Notes: generated by a model from the sequence alone, not told the origin. A DNA stretch of 64,000 bases from Candidatus Peregrinibacteria bacterium GW2011_GWF2_39_17 (GCA_000993615.1 LBWM01000001.1:23970-87969), one strand, 5' to 3'; positions 35,774 to 44,587 are shown, counted from the stretch's first letter. Numbers and translations are program-made.

Positions 35774-37972
35774 ATGTTTCTTGAAAATAAAAATAAATTC
35801 ACCTCTAGTTTAAAGCAATTTATTTATTTTACAGCTTCAAAAGAAGTGCCCGCGCAAGCTAGTAATGAGGTTATTTTAAATACCGAAAAAGCTGACAAGC
35901 CAGATGAGCTTAGAGATCAGGTTGAGCAATTCACAGGCGAAGAAGTAAAAAAAACCGAAAAAGCCGCGGCTAATAATCTGGTTACTTTGGGGCAGACACT
36001 TCAAAATTCCGGTTTAGCTCCTGATAAAATTAAAAATTTCGTTAAACAGTCTGTAGCAAAATTAAAAGCAGCTAAAAAAGAACAAGCAGAAGGGTTGGCA
36101 GCGGTACAGCAGGAAGCGAATGCGGCCACAGATAGGGTCGGTCAAAAATTAGATGCGGATTTGGGTAAGGTGGTAATTGATTCTTCTAGTGATCAACCCG
36201 CAGTTGAGCAAAGTCAAATGCAAGAGGTAACGACTAAAAATAGCGCCGTTGTTGAGCAGCCTACTGAACAAGAGTCTTTAGAAAAACCGACTCCTTCTTT
36301 TGAGCCCATTGCCAGAATTGTAGGGAAAGGTGATTGGATTTCTAAAATTGTGCAAAGAGAGGTTTCTACTGCTAGTGAAAACGCTGATAAAATTCGCACC
36401 GCCCTAGCTGTTCAATACGGTCTCGATCAATTTCCTACTGCCAAAATTGACTCTTCTGGGCAAGAATTTGTAAAACAACTTTTTGCGAAAAATAGCCCTA
36501 ATGCTGCTATTCAAAAAATTAATAAAACCATAATTCACATTGGTGACGAAGTAACAATAGATTCAGACGGCTCCCTGCGTATTACTCATGCCAAAGATAG
36601 AGTTGATAATCCTGCTTCGGCAGTAGAAGATAGCAATTCGCAGTCTGTAGAAAGTCAACAATCCGCAGAGGACAAAGTAGCTTCCGAGGATAAGCAACCC
36701 GATAGTAGTCAATCTGAGGTGGAATTATCCGCAGAAGATAAGGCAGAAGATAAGCAGGATGCAGAGCACAAAGACGAGCAGCCACAATCTATCAATGCTA
36801 AACCAAAGGAAAGTAGTGTTTATGATCGCCAAGCAATTCTCGAAACCCTCATTGACCCGGAGCTTCAAAATTTAGGTAAAGATCTTTTAGCAGCTTGTCC
36901 TGAACTTGAAATCTCGTCTCTTAAAGTCGAATTTAATGCAGCAGGAAATGATAATTCCAATATTGATGCCAGAGTTTCTTTGCTTTATACAATTCGGGGA
37001 CAAGTTTTCCGAACTGAAGGTGATGCTAATAATCCAACCACTATCGAAGCCAAAAAAACAGCCATGCAAACTTTACTAGATGATGTAAAAACCCAATACA
37101 ATGAAAAAATAAAAGAAGATCAAGATAAGGATTACAAAACTTTAGAGCCTTATCCGGAAATACTGCAGCTAATACAAAATAATAAATTACCTTATGCTCA
37201 TAATTTCACAATTAATTTTAAAGAAGAAATCAATGATCAAATTCCTTCTGCTACCATCACTCTAACCATGGATGTTCGTGGTAACAAAGTTACAATGGAG
37301 GGAAATAGCAATGAGGCTAATAAAAATATCGTAGACGGCGGACTTCTCTTAGATGCTCGCAACTATGCGGTTCGAGATTTAGTTCAAAAATTAGCACCTT
37401 ATAGTGATCTTGATTTAAACACGGTTGACCCTGAACTAAAGGCTAAGGCGTTGCAAGCTCAGCTTGAAAGTCCTTATTTAAAAGCAGTTCAAAACCCAAT
37501 TTCCACTATTCCATCTCAAATCCCAGAGCAGCCGGAATTTGATCCAGAAACACTTTTTAAGGAATCCATTAAAAGTAATCTGGACGGCAGCGTGGATTAT
37601 GTCATCGTTAACCCGGATACTAAAGAGCAGTTTGCCGGTCGTTTGCAGGATGGAAATCTTATTTTAAAAAAGGGCTACACGGAAATAAAAATGCCTTTAG
37701 GATATTATCAAGGACCAAATGGTCGTCATTCTAAAATGGATTCAGGAAACTTTTATGTGGCTGGAAAGTCAAAAAATACCCTTGTCCCAGAAGGCGATTG
37801 CTGGGTTGATGCCAACGGAGATATCGGATTAACCCCTGAAACGCTCCAGGCCTTATCTTTAGCGGCTCTTAGGGGCGAAAAACGTACTTACAAGGTCTCT
37901 AATGAAAAAATCCCCACAACTTCACGAAAATTAAGAGGTAGTATGTTGATTTTGTTAGGAGAATCTAAATAG
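35774..37972 (+). CDS. hypothetical protein (732 aa) with an acidic low-complexity centre
   Basis: Long ORF. No signal peptide or TM. SAEDKVASEDKQPD...SAEDKAEDKQDAEHKDEQ low-complexity region. No domain recognised. Confidence 0.6.
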   Translation: MFLENKNKFTSSLKQFIYFTASKEVPAQASNEVILNTEKADKPDELRDQVEQFTGEEVKKTEKAAANNLVTLGQTLQNSGLAPDKIKNFVKQSVAKLKAAKKEQAEGLAAVQQEANAATDRVGQKLDADLGKVVIDSSSDQPAVEQSQMQEVTTKNSAVVEQPTEQESLEKPTPSFEPIARIVGKGDWISKIVQREVSTASENADKIRTALAVQYGLDQFPTAKIDSSGQEFVKQLFAKNSPNAAIQKINKTIIHIGDEVTIDSDGSLRITHAKDRVDNPASAVEDSNSQSVESQQSAEDKVASEDKQPDSSQSEVELSAEDKAEDKQDAEHKDEQPQSINAKPKESSVYDRQAILETLIDPELQNLGKDLLAACPELEISSLKVEFNAAGNDNSNIDARVSLLYTIRGQVFRTEGDANNPTTIEAKKTAMQTLLDDVKTQYNEKIKEDQDKDYKTLEPYPEILQLIQNNKLPYAHNFTINFKEEINDQIPSATITLTMDVRGNKVTMEGNSNEANKNIVDGGLLLDARNYAVRDLVQKLAPYSDLDLNTVDPELKAKALQAQLESPYLKAVQNPISTIPSQIPEQPEFDPETLFKESIKSNLDGSVDYVIVNPDTKEQFAGRLQDGNLILKKGYTEIKMPLGYYQGPNGRHSKMDSGNFYVAGKSKNTLVPEGDCWVDANGDIGLTPETLQALSLAALRGEKRTYKVSNEKIPTTSRKLRGSMLILLGESK

Positions 37973-37999
37973 GAAAGTTATTTAAGGCTAAACTTGGAT

Positions 38000-38028
38000 T
38001 TGAGTTAAATGCGTTTTTCCCCTATAAT
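38000..38028 (+). promoter_or_regulatory. Sigma70-type promoter for tRNA-Pro(TGG)
   Basis: TTGAGT (38000-38005), a 17-nt spacer, then TATAAT (38023-38028). The tRNA starts at 38046. Confidence 0.55.
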
Positions 38029-38045
38029 TGGCTGGATTTTACTTT

Positions 38046-38122
38046 CGGGGTGTGGCGCAGTTGGCTAGCGCGCGTGGTTTGGGACCACGAGGCCCTGGGT
38101 TCAAGTCCCAGCACCCCGACCA
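38046..38122 (+). tRNA. tRNA-Pro(TGG)
   Basis: CGGGGTG/CACCCCG acceptor. Anticodon arm CGTGG-TTTGGGA-CCACG. TTCAAGT T-loop, A plus CCA. 77 nt. Confidence 0.92.
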
Positions 38123-38170
38123 GATTTTGGATTAACTTGTCAAGACGCGCCAGGCCTTAGCCAAAAAAAT

Positions 38171-38797
38171 ATGTCTCTTTTTATTTTACCAAGCGCTTAC
38201 TACTTGAAAATCGGGAATCGCGTCATTAATAAAATTACTGACGACTACAATCCCCCTCGCTTTTGGTTTCGATTAAAGGTTTGCGCTAAGGGGAGGCCTC
38301 ACCGGCAGGTAGGTGGGCAAATAATTAATCTTTGGTGGGGGAATTTTAGAAAAATTAAGGATTTCGACCCTTTGAATTTTTTGTGGGTTAATGAGCCTTT
38401 GCAAGTGGGAGATCATGGTGAATCTGTGGTTAGGCAGTATTTTAAACCGGATATCGAGGCTGGAAGTTATGAGTTGGCTGGATTATTACGGTCTAAATTG
38501 CCCATGAGGCCAATGGATCCGAGTATTCCCTTGCCCGAAGAAAATATTCCAGATGAGCAATTACCAGAAGTGGAATTAGATCAAAGCTTAAATGAGCCCA
38601 GGCATGTTAAAAAAAGGCGAGCTTTTTCTTATGGGATTTATTATGCGCAAGTTTTGGTTGCTGACAATGATGGGAATAAGGCTAAAAAGAGTTTTAAAAT
38701 ATGGGCTTTTCGAGATGCTAAAAAATGCAAAATGCGCACCACTCGTTTTTACGAGCGCTGGCTGCTTACCCTAAAACTATTATTGCCGGCCGTTTAG
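38171..38797 (+). CDS. hypothetical protein (208 aa)
   Basis: ORF only. No motif recognised. Confidence 0.5.
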   Translation: MSLFILPSAYYLKIGNRVINKITDDYNPPRFWFRLKVCAKGRPHRQVGGQIINLWWGNFRKIKDFDPLNFLWVNEPLQVGDHGESVVRQYFKPDIEAGSYELAGLLRSKLPMRPMDPSIPLPEENIPDEQLPEVELDQSLNEPRHVKKRRAFSYGIYYAQVLVADNDGNKAKKSFKIWAFRDAKKCKMRTTRFYERWLLTLKLLLPAV

Positions 38798-38816
38798 GAT
38801 ATTTAATTTTTGCGCT

Positions 38817-39998
38817 ATGGCTCTTCGAAAGAGAACATTATTAGCAGACGCAACCTTGTTCTATTTTCATGCTGGCCTTTTTGCCTTTTCGGAAATTATT
38901 TTTTTGATTTCCTTGCCAATTTTGTTTTGGCAGCAAGGATTTTCCTTGAGTTTTATTTTCGCTTTTTACGCTTTGGCGGCTCTGCCTGGATATTTTTTTA
39001 CCATTTCGGTTATAAAGTATTTTTTGCGGACCGGCATAAAAAAGATTCTAGTTTTTGGGGTTTTTTTATACATTCTCTTGGGCAGTATGGCTTCTTTTAT
39101 TCAACCTAATAATCTTTGGTGGGTTGTAGCTTTGATTCTATTAGCCCTTCAAGCCTTGTGCTATTGGCCGGCTAGGCATCTTTATTTTTCCGAAATCGCT
39201 TCTTTGGAAAAAGTTGGACAGCAAGCCGGGACATTAAATGCGGTGATGATTTTGGCACGTACTATTGCTCCGATTATAGCTGGGTTAATTGCCCTATTAG
39301 TCGAATTTAATGCGGTTTTTATTTTTGGCGCCGTAGCCATGTTATTTTCATCTATCCCCATCTTTTTAATTAAAACAAAAGTAAAAACCATTTTTAGCGC
39401 TCGGGAGTTTTGGGATATGAAGCAAAAACATCCTATTTTTAAAAGCACACGCCCCGCTTACGTTGCCGATGGCGTCAATAGTCTTATTTCCTATTTATTA
39501 TGGCCACTTTTGTTTTTTTTACTTATTAGTAAAAATGATTATTTAGAATTGGGATATTTGATGACTGGTACTTATGGGATTTCAGCTATTATTATGGTGG
39601 TGGTGGGTAGATTTTTCGATCGTAGTCACCGAAAATCACTTTTGAAAATGTCTGTATTTTTTAATATTTTAGCGATCATAGGACGATTTAGCTTACTTTT
39701 TATTCATCCTTGGATTTTTGTTTATGGAGTGCAGTCTTTTTATTCTTTTTCGGAATCAGCCCTTCAATCAACCTTTGAGGCCTATTGGTATTCATATAGT
39801 AAGGCTACCAATGCCATATTTTTTACGATCCATCGTGAAATAAATTATGCCTTGGGGCGCTTTTTAATCGGAATGGTTTTAGCCTTAGTGGCTTGGTTTT
39901 TACCTGATAATAAGCATTTGTGGCTTCTATTTTTGTTGAGTATCCCAACTGTTCTGGTGTATTTAAAAAAAGGGAAAACAGATTCCTATTTGGATTAA
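38817..39998 (+). CDS. Polytopic membrane protein, MFS-transporter-like
   Basis: 393 aa with about 10-12 hydrophobic helices and short basic loops (FLRTGIKKILVFG). The family assignment is tentative. Confidence 0.6.
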   Translation: MALRKRTLLADATLFYFHAGLFAFSEIIFLISLPILFWQQGFSLSFIFAFYALAALPGYFFTISVIKYFLRTGIKKILVFGVFLYILLGSMASFIQPNNLWWVVALILLALQALCYWPARHLYFSEIASLEKVGQQAGTLNAVMILARTIAPIIAGLIALLVEFNAVFIFGAVAMLFSSIPIFLIKTKVKTIFSAREFWDMKQKHPIFKSTRPAYVADGVNSLISYLLWPLLFFLLISKNDYLELGYLMTGTYGISAIIMVVVGRFFDRSHRKSLLKMSVFFNILAIIGRFSLLFIHPWIFVYGVQSFYSFSESALQSTFEAYWYSYSKATNAIFFTIHREINYALGRFLIGMVLALVAWFLPDNKHLWLLFLLSIPTVLVYLKKGKTDSYLD

Positions 39999-40025
39999 AC
40001 GGGAAAATATGGCAATGAATTTCGT

Positions 40026-40102
40026 CGGGATGTAGCGCAGTTGGCTAGCGCGCAGCGTTCGGGTCGCTGAGGTCGGAGGTTCAAGTCCTCTCATCCCGAC
40101 CA
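40026..40102 (+). tRNA. tRNA-Pro(CGG)
   Basis: CGGGATG/CATCCCG acceptor. Anticodon arm CAGCG-TTCGGGT-CGCTG. TTCAAGT T-loop, A plus CCA. 77 nt. Confidence 0.92.
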
Positions 40103-40163
40103 ATTAACTTTATTTTCTTAGCGCGACTTTGTGGCGGGTTTAAGGCAGTACACTATCGTAATT

Positions 40164-40601
40164 TCATTGTTTGCGTCTTAGGATTTTATAAGCGAGATTC
40201 ATCATTTTTTCATCTTCGATTTGAGTTTGGTGGTCATATCCCAATAAATGCAGTAACCCGTGAATAAAGAGGAAATTTAATTCTTCTTTGAGTGTTTGAT
40301 GTAATTCTTTGGCGTTTTTAGTCGCGGTTTCGACTGATATGAAAATTTGGCCTAAACATGCTGCATCCTTTAGAGCCGTATTACTTATTTCGCGATTAGC
40401 AAAGGACAAAACATCAGTCGGCTTGTTAATTTGACGCGTTTTGAGATTAATTTCTTTCATCTTTTGGTCATCTATAAAGATTAATTCCAGGGTTTTTTCT
40501 GGTATGGAAGGTAAAAATTTAAGGGCGCGTTTAAGTAAGCTGGCCAATTCTTTGTCTGTAAAGTTGCCAGTAGCGTCGTTTATAAATAGTAATTTAAGCA
40601 T
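40164..40601 (-). CDS. ybeY: rRNA maturation endoribonuclease YbeY
   Basis: 145 aa. HGLLHLLGYDH zinc-binding motif. Confidence 0.9.
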   Translation of the reverse strand: MLKLLFINDATGNFTDKELASLLKRALKFLPSIPEKTLELIFIDDQKMKEINLKTRQINKPTDVLSFANREISNTALKDAACLGQIFISVETATKNAKELHQTLKEELNFLFIHGLLHLLGYDHQTQIEDEKMMNLAYKILRRKQ

Positions 40602-40732
40602 ATTTAGATCCCTTATTAATTTTAAGACTAGCTCAAAAAAGAGATTTTCGCAAAAAGCCCGATTTTAGAATTCTTTATTTTCTTTTGCTTTAATAATTCA
40701 CCTTAGACAAGAAACAAAAAGTTAGGCTAATT

Positions 40733-40875
40733 TGACTGGACAGTTGTCTAGTCAGGATGTAAAATCTGGATAAATTTGACCGGACAGTGTCCGGTCAAAA
40801 TGCAATTTACAGGTTTAAATTTGTCCGGACAATTCCAAAAAGTTGTCTAGTCAGTGTCTAGTCAGTGTCTAGTCA
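40733..40875. promoter_or_regulatory. Operator-like array of inverted and direct repeats upstream of the HTH gene at 40900
   Basis: TGACTGGACA-gt-TGTCTAGTCA (40733-40754). Perfect TTGACCGGACA-g-TGTCCGGTCAA (40776-40798). Perfect palindrome TTGTCCGGACAA (40821-40832). Three direct TGTCTAGTCA units with an 11-bp period (40844-40853, 40855-40864, 40866-40875). Confidence 0.6.
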
Positions 40876-40899
40876 TTTTCAAAATCACCTTCCTAAATA

Positions 40900-41505
40900 A
40901 TGCTTACAAAAGAATTCACTTTAACTCGCGAAGAAGCCGCAAGGCGTTTAAATATTTCCATTCGAACACTGGATCGCTATATTCGCCGCAATTATTTTAA
41001 TGTAAAAAAGATAGATCGCAGTATTTGGATTTCCAGGCCTTCTTTTGAGAATTACTATGCTAAAAATATTCAGTCGGAATCGCAGGGTAACGATCAATCT
41101 CCTCAAGAGGAAGCCATTATTCCTGTATCTATTTCCCCTTCTTTACATGAGCATTCCTATGAAAAAGATCTAAGTATGGGTTCCTTTTACAAGGAAATCT
41201 ATCAGGAGTTAAAAAATAAGTATGATGAACAGCAAAAGAGGCTTGAGGGCGCTCATTATCGAGTTGGACAACTCGAAGCGCAAATAAAAAGCATGGTGCC
41301 CATGATTGAGTTTAAAAAGGAGCAAAATCGTCTTCTTCTTGTCGCTAAACAGCAGGAAGATGTTGCCAAGGAAGCAAATATTACGGTTAATCGCCTTTCC
41401 CGTCTTTTTAGAAGCGAGCGACTTAACAAGCAAATTTATACGGGGCTGGTTTATTTACTTTTATTCGTTCAAATAGCCTTTTGGGTAATTCTAAAGAGCT
41501 CTTAA
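40900..41505 (+). CDS. HTH (MerR/excisionase-type) DNA-binding protein with coiled coil and C-terminal TM anchor
   Basis: LTREEAARRLNISIRTLDRYIRR is the HTH. Coiled-coil-like KRLEGAHYRVGQLEAQIKSM. C-terminal hydrophobic helix IYTGLVYLLLFVQIAFWVIL. Confidence 0.7.
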   Translation: MLTKEFTLTREEAARRLNISIRTLDRYIRRNYFNVKKIDRSIWISRPSFENYYAKNIQSESQGNDQSPQEEAIIPVSISPSLHEHSYEKDLSMGSFYKEIYQELKNKYDEQQKRLEGAHYRVGQLEAQIKSMVPMIEFKKEQNRLLLVAKQQEDVAKEANITVNRLSRLFRSERLNKQIYTGLVYLLLFVQIAFWVILKSS

Positions 41506-41537
41506 TAGAAATATTTCTTATTTTTTCGCGCTTAAGA

Positions 41538-43082
41538 CTAGGAGCGCAAATATTCCCTGGTAATTTCAGCGGCCTTACGGATATTATCTGCCGAGGTATT
41601 AACCACTGAAGCCCGAACCGTATTTCTTCGATCACTAGCCTGGCGATCTTTTTCTGAGAAAAATCGATTGGAGGGAATGTAAACCACGCCTCTTTTGGCA
41701 AGTTGTACTAATTTTTCTTCGATGGGGATATGTTGCTTTACTGCTCCCTTAACCTCATTGAGGTCAAAAATAATGTAGTACATGTTTCCCTGATGTGGTA
41801 ATTCTAAAATTTGGCTAAAAATCGACATATTATTTCCTACAGATTCCCTGTATACGCCTCGTTCTTCTTTACCTAAGACAATATGCGCTGCTCCTAGAAT
41901 TTGGGCTGGCCCTGGGACAAAAGTTGTATGCTGAAATTCTCCCAAAATTCCACCCGGTCCCTTGGCTGCCATAAAGAGTTCATTCCAGGTAGTACCGGAT
42001 TTAACGTAGTTTCTAAGGATATTTTCCATAATATATTTTTGCCCTTCTTTCGCTACCATAACATCGCCAAATCTAAGCCCGGTACTGCGTTCAATTTTTG
42101 ATCTGGAATGAATGCGAATAGTTCGTTCTGGACAAATATCAATCATGGTTTTTTTGTCTTTAAAAAAGGAGCTATAAACTTCATCTGTAATAATTAAACT
42201 ATTTTTGCGTTTAGCGAATCCCCCAATAGATCTCAAGGATTCTTCGGACATGGAAAAACCGGTTGGGTTATTAGGATCAATCAGTAAAATGACTTTTATG
42301 TCATGAGGATAATTTATCATTTCCTCGTAGGCATGCGGCGCCATTTTCCCTGTAAAGGAATCAATTTCCAGGGAAAAAACTTCAATGCCACGGCTTTCCA
42401 GGATGCTATTATAAGGAGCGTAAACTGGTGAGGTTATCATGGCTTTGCTATGTGGGAGTAAAAAGCCGATGCCGTCCGCTCCCAGCATTTTAAAAAGATC
42501 GCCAATTGCGTGTGAGGCGCCACTTACAAAAATTAAATCCCGATAGTCAATTGGAGTGGAAATAGCTTTTTTGTGCCACCACGCAACAATAACTCGAATA
42601 ACAGCTTCTCCTAGTGGGTCATGATATGACCCGCCGCTTACCATGGAATATTTGAATAATTCATAAAATACTTTGTAGGGAGAATAATCCAATCCCTGTT
42701 GCTTACCCATTTCAGTTACTTCATGAAGGAAAAATTCAAAGTCATCCAAAAGAGTTTTTGCAATTTCTGGAGTATAGAAATCTTTTGTCGCTTTTTCTAC
42801 TTGGTCTTTTATGCTTAACCATTGATCCGATTTGCTAAAATCAGTCACCACCCGTTGACGCGTATTGTTAAAAACAGTATCGAGAAAAAGTAAATAACTA
42901 ACAAATCGCCTTCCTCGGTCACTGGGAGTAAAGCCATAGCCTGGATCTCCCCTCGAAAGGTCAATTACTGATTCTTCCCCTACGCTTTCCTTCGCAATAT
43001 CTTGCAAGATACGAAAAATTCGGAAAGGATTATTTTCGGCAACAGCAAATCCCCATTCATTATCTGCAAGTCGTAGTGCCAT
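41538..43082 (-). CDS. PLP-dependent aminotransferase, class I/II fold, long form (aspartate 4-decarboxylase-like length)
   Basis: IDPNNPTGF and SRSKIERSTGLRFGD (PLP-lysine motif). 514 aa with an extended N-terminus. Substrate cannot be assigned. Confidence 0.75.
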   Translation of the reverse strand: MALRLADNEWGFAVAENNPFRIFRILQDIAKESVGEESVIDLSRGDPGYGFTPSDRGRRFVSYLLFLDTVFNNTRQRVVTDFSKSDQWLSIKDQVEKATKDFYTPEIAKTLLDDFEFFLHEVTEMGKQQGLDYSPYKVFYELFKYSMVSGGSYHDPLGEAVIRVIVAWWHKKAISTPIDYRDLIFVSGASHAIGDLFKMLGADGIGFLLPHSKAMITSPVYAPYNSILESRGIEVFSLEIDSFTGKMAPHAYEEMINYPHDIKVILLIDPNNPTGFSMSEESLRSIGGFAKRKNSLIITDEVYSSFFKDKKTMIDICPERTIRIHSRSKIERSTGLRFGDVMVAKEGQKYIMENILRNYVKSGTTWNELFMAAKGPGGILGEFQHTTFVPGPAQILGAAHIVLGKEERGVYRESVGNNMSIFSQILELPHQGNMYYIIFDLNEVKGAVKQHIPIEEKLVQLAKRGVVYIPSNRFFSEKDRQASDRRNTVRASVVNTSADNIRKAAEITREYLRS

Positions 43083-43150
43083 AAAATTTTTGTTAATTAA
43101 GAGCCTAAAACTTCATTTACTATACTTTAGAAGGAATAGTGCTCGCAACC

Positions 43151-43636
43151 CTAAAATAGGAGCCATCTTCTCTTCTTTTTAGGGGCATCTAATCTTTTAA
43201 TTTGGTCTTCCAAAATTAAAATCCTCTTCTGAAACATTTCCAAAAGTTCAAAAAGTCGAGCTTTATCATCACGGTGTTGTTGAATTAGCTGGGTAATAAC
43301 CGCAGCTTGGAAATTATTAGCAGCTTGTTGCGAGGCCGAAGCAGATGGCGGAGGGGTAATGGGGTTAGGCCTGGGTATTTCTTCTATTTGTGGTGTATCA
43401 GGGTCAAAGGACTCCACTAATTCAATATCATCGTTTGGGAAATCTTCATCGGTTTCCTCAATTTCTTCAAAGTATTGTTGCAAGTTATTTTTTTCTACCA
43501 AATAGGTAAAACCTTGCGGCGTTTTATACTTGCGGTAGCGAACTTTATTTCCCTTGATAAGCCGGCGAATAGTCTGAGGTGACTTATTTACCATTAAAGA
43601 AGCGTCTTGTAGGCTTATATATTGACTTTTTAGCAT
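43151..43636 (-). CDS. HTH (excisionase/MerR-type) DNA-binding protein with coiled coil and basic-hydrophobic C-terminus
   Basis: ISLQDASLMVNKSPQTIRRLIKGNKVRY is the HTH. Acidic linker. LFELLEMFQKRILILEDQIKRL coiled coil. The C-terminus ends KKKRRWLLF. Confidence 0.7.
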   Translation of the reverse strand: MLKSQYISLQDASLMVNKSPQTIRRLIKGNKVRYRKYKTPQGFTYLVEKNNLQQYFEEIEETDEDFPNDDIELVESFDPDTPQIEEIPRPNPITPPPSASASQQAANNFQAAVITQLIQQHRDDKARLFELLEMFQKRILILEDQIKRLDAPKKKRRWLLF

Positions 43637-43672
43637 GTTGATTACCCAAAAAAAGTTGGTTAGTCAACACGA

Positions 43673-43701
43673 TTAATAGCGCAGTTTGTTTGACTAATCA
43701 A
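43673..43701 (-). promoter_or_regulatory. Sigma70-type promoter of the 43636 HTH gene, overlapped by two operator-like sites
   Basis: On the minus strand: TTGATT (43696-43701), a 17-nt spacer, then TATTAA (43673-43678). The -35 lies inside the TTGATTAGTCAA site (43690-43701). A second site TTGGTTAGTCAA (43656-43667) covers the expected transcription start. Confidence 0.5.
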
Positions 43702-43784
43702 GTTGCTTTTAACGAATAACATAAGCCAAAAAACCTTAAAGCAACTTTAAATTAAGTAGATAATGATGTTTTTACCGAAGCTTC

Positions 43785-43859
43785 TGGTGGGTCAGGTGAG
43801 GATTGAACTCACGACAGTCGGCTTAAAAGGCCGCCGCTCTACCACTGAGCTACTGACCC
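43785..43859 (-). tRNA. tRNA-Lys(TTT)
   Basis: Reverse complement: GGGTCAG acceptor pairs with CTGACCC. Anticodon loop CTTTTAA. TTCAATC T-loop, A plus CCA. 75 nt. One G27.A43 mismatch. Confidence 0.9.
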
Positions 43860-43923
43860 GCAACACCCGACAATTTAATACAGATTACTTCTTTCCGCAA
43901 AGAAAAAAATTGATTTCCTGAAT

Positions 43924-43976
43924 ATTTTGGCTATAATAAGCCACACTAACCTTTTTTATTTCTTTTAACAAAATAA
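43924..43976 (+). repeat. Duplicated leader, copy A (upstream of ORF 43978)
   Basis: ATTTTGGCT-ataat-AAGCCACACTAACCTTTTTTATTTCTTTTAACAAAATAA. 48 of 53 nt are identical to copy B, including a 39-nt perfect block. It contains the inverted repeat TGGCT..AGCCA. Possible promoter TTGATT-N16-TATAAT (43909-43936). Confidence 0.8.
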
Positions 43977-43977
43977 T

Positions 43978-44526
43978 ATGGATGAAGTTATAGGTGGCGC
44001 TAGGGATGGGGGACAGGAATTAGTTCCAAATGCTGATTTAATCGTAATAATTGAGGCAATCAAGGGGGTGAATGATGTTTTGGTGTCTGCTATAGAGGCA
44101 TTGCGAGCTTATATGGCTACTCATAGAGAGAATGACGCTCAGTATATTTCCGGGTTATCTATTTCGTCGTCCGTCGTAAATATCCAGCGGTTAATTTTGG
44201 GTTTTCCTAAGGGTGCAACAGTTAATGTTAAGCAAATGGAGGATTTTTTTAGTGAATATAGAAAGATGTGTGAGTTATTGTTCGCTTTTAACGAATACGA
44301 TGTTTTCGGGACGAGGGCATGGGCAGAAACTTTGTATGGATTATTGTTTAGTATAAGATGGTATATCAAAATACCAGAAAGCCCATCATTAAGTGCTGCT
44401 TTGGTTGACTTAGATAGTTATTTGCGTGGATATAAATTTAGTTTGGATGAGTCAAATCTCGGGACAAGATTATTAACAACATTTGATAGGGATGTTGATT
44501 TTAATAATTTTGGTGATTTAACCTAA
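43978..44526 (+). CDS. hypothetical protein (182 aa)
   Basis: ATG ORF directly after leader copy A. No motif, TM or signal peptide recognised. Confidence 0.55.
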   Translation: MDEVIGGARDGGQELVPNADLIVIIEAIKGVNDVLVSAIEALRAYMATHRENDAQYISGLSISSSVVNIQRLILGFPKGATVNVKQMEDFFSEYRKMCELLFAFNEYDVFGTRAWAETLYGLLFSIRWYIKIPESPSLSAALVDLDSYLRGYKFSLDESNLGTRLLTTFDRDVDFNNFGDLT

Positions 44527-44533
44527 ATCCGTA

Positions 44534-44587
44534 ATTTTGGCTTAATATAAGCCACACTAACCTTTTTTATTTCTTTTAACAAAATAA
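44534..44587 (+). repeat. Duplicated leader, copy B (upstream of ORF 44590)
   Basis: ATTTTGGCT-taatat-AAGCCACACTAACCTTTTTTATTTCTTTTAACAAAATAA. Inverted repeat TGGCTTA-ata-TAAGCCA. Confidence 0.8.

Noticed and set aside
38810-39109. 99-aa ORF overlapping the start of the MFS-like gene
   Set aside because: It is an alternative frame of the same region. The 393-aa frame gives coherent TM helices throughout.
40844-40875. Possible mini-CRISPR or other tandem-repeat locus
   Set aside because: The repeats are only 10 bp with a 1-bp gap and no spacers, and no cas genes are present. An operator or iteron explanation fits better.
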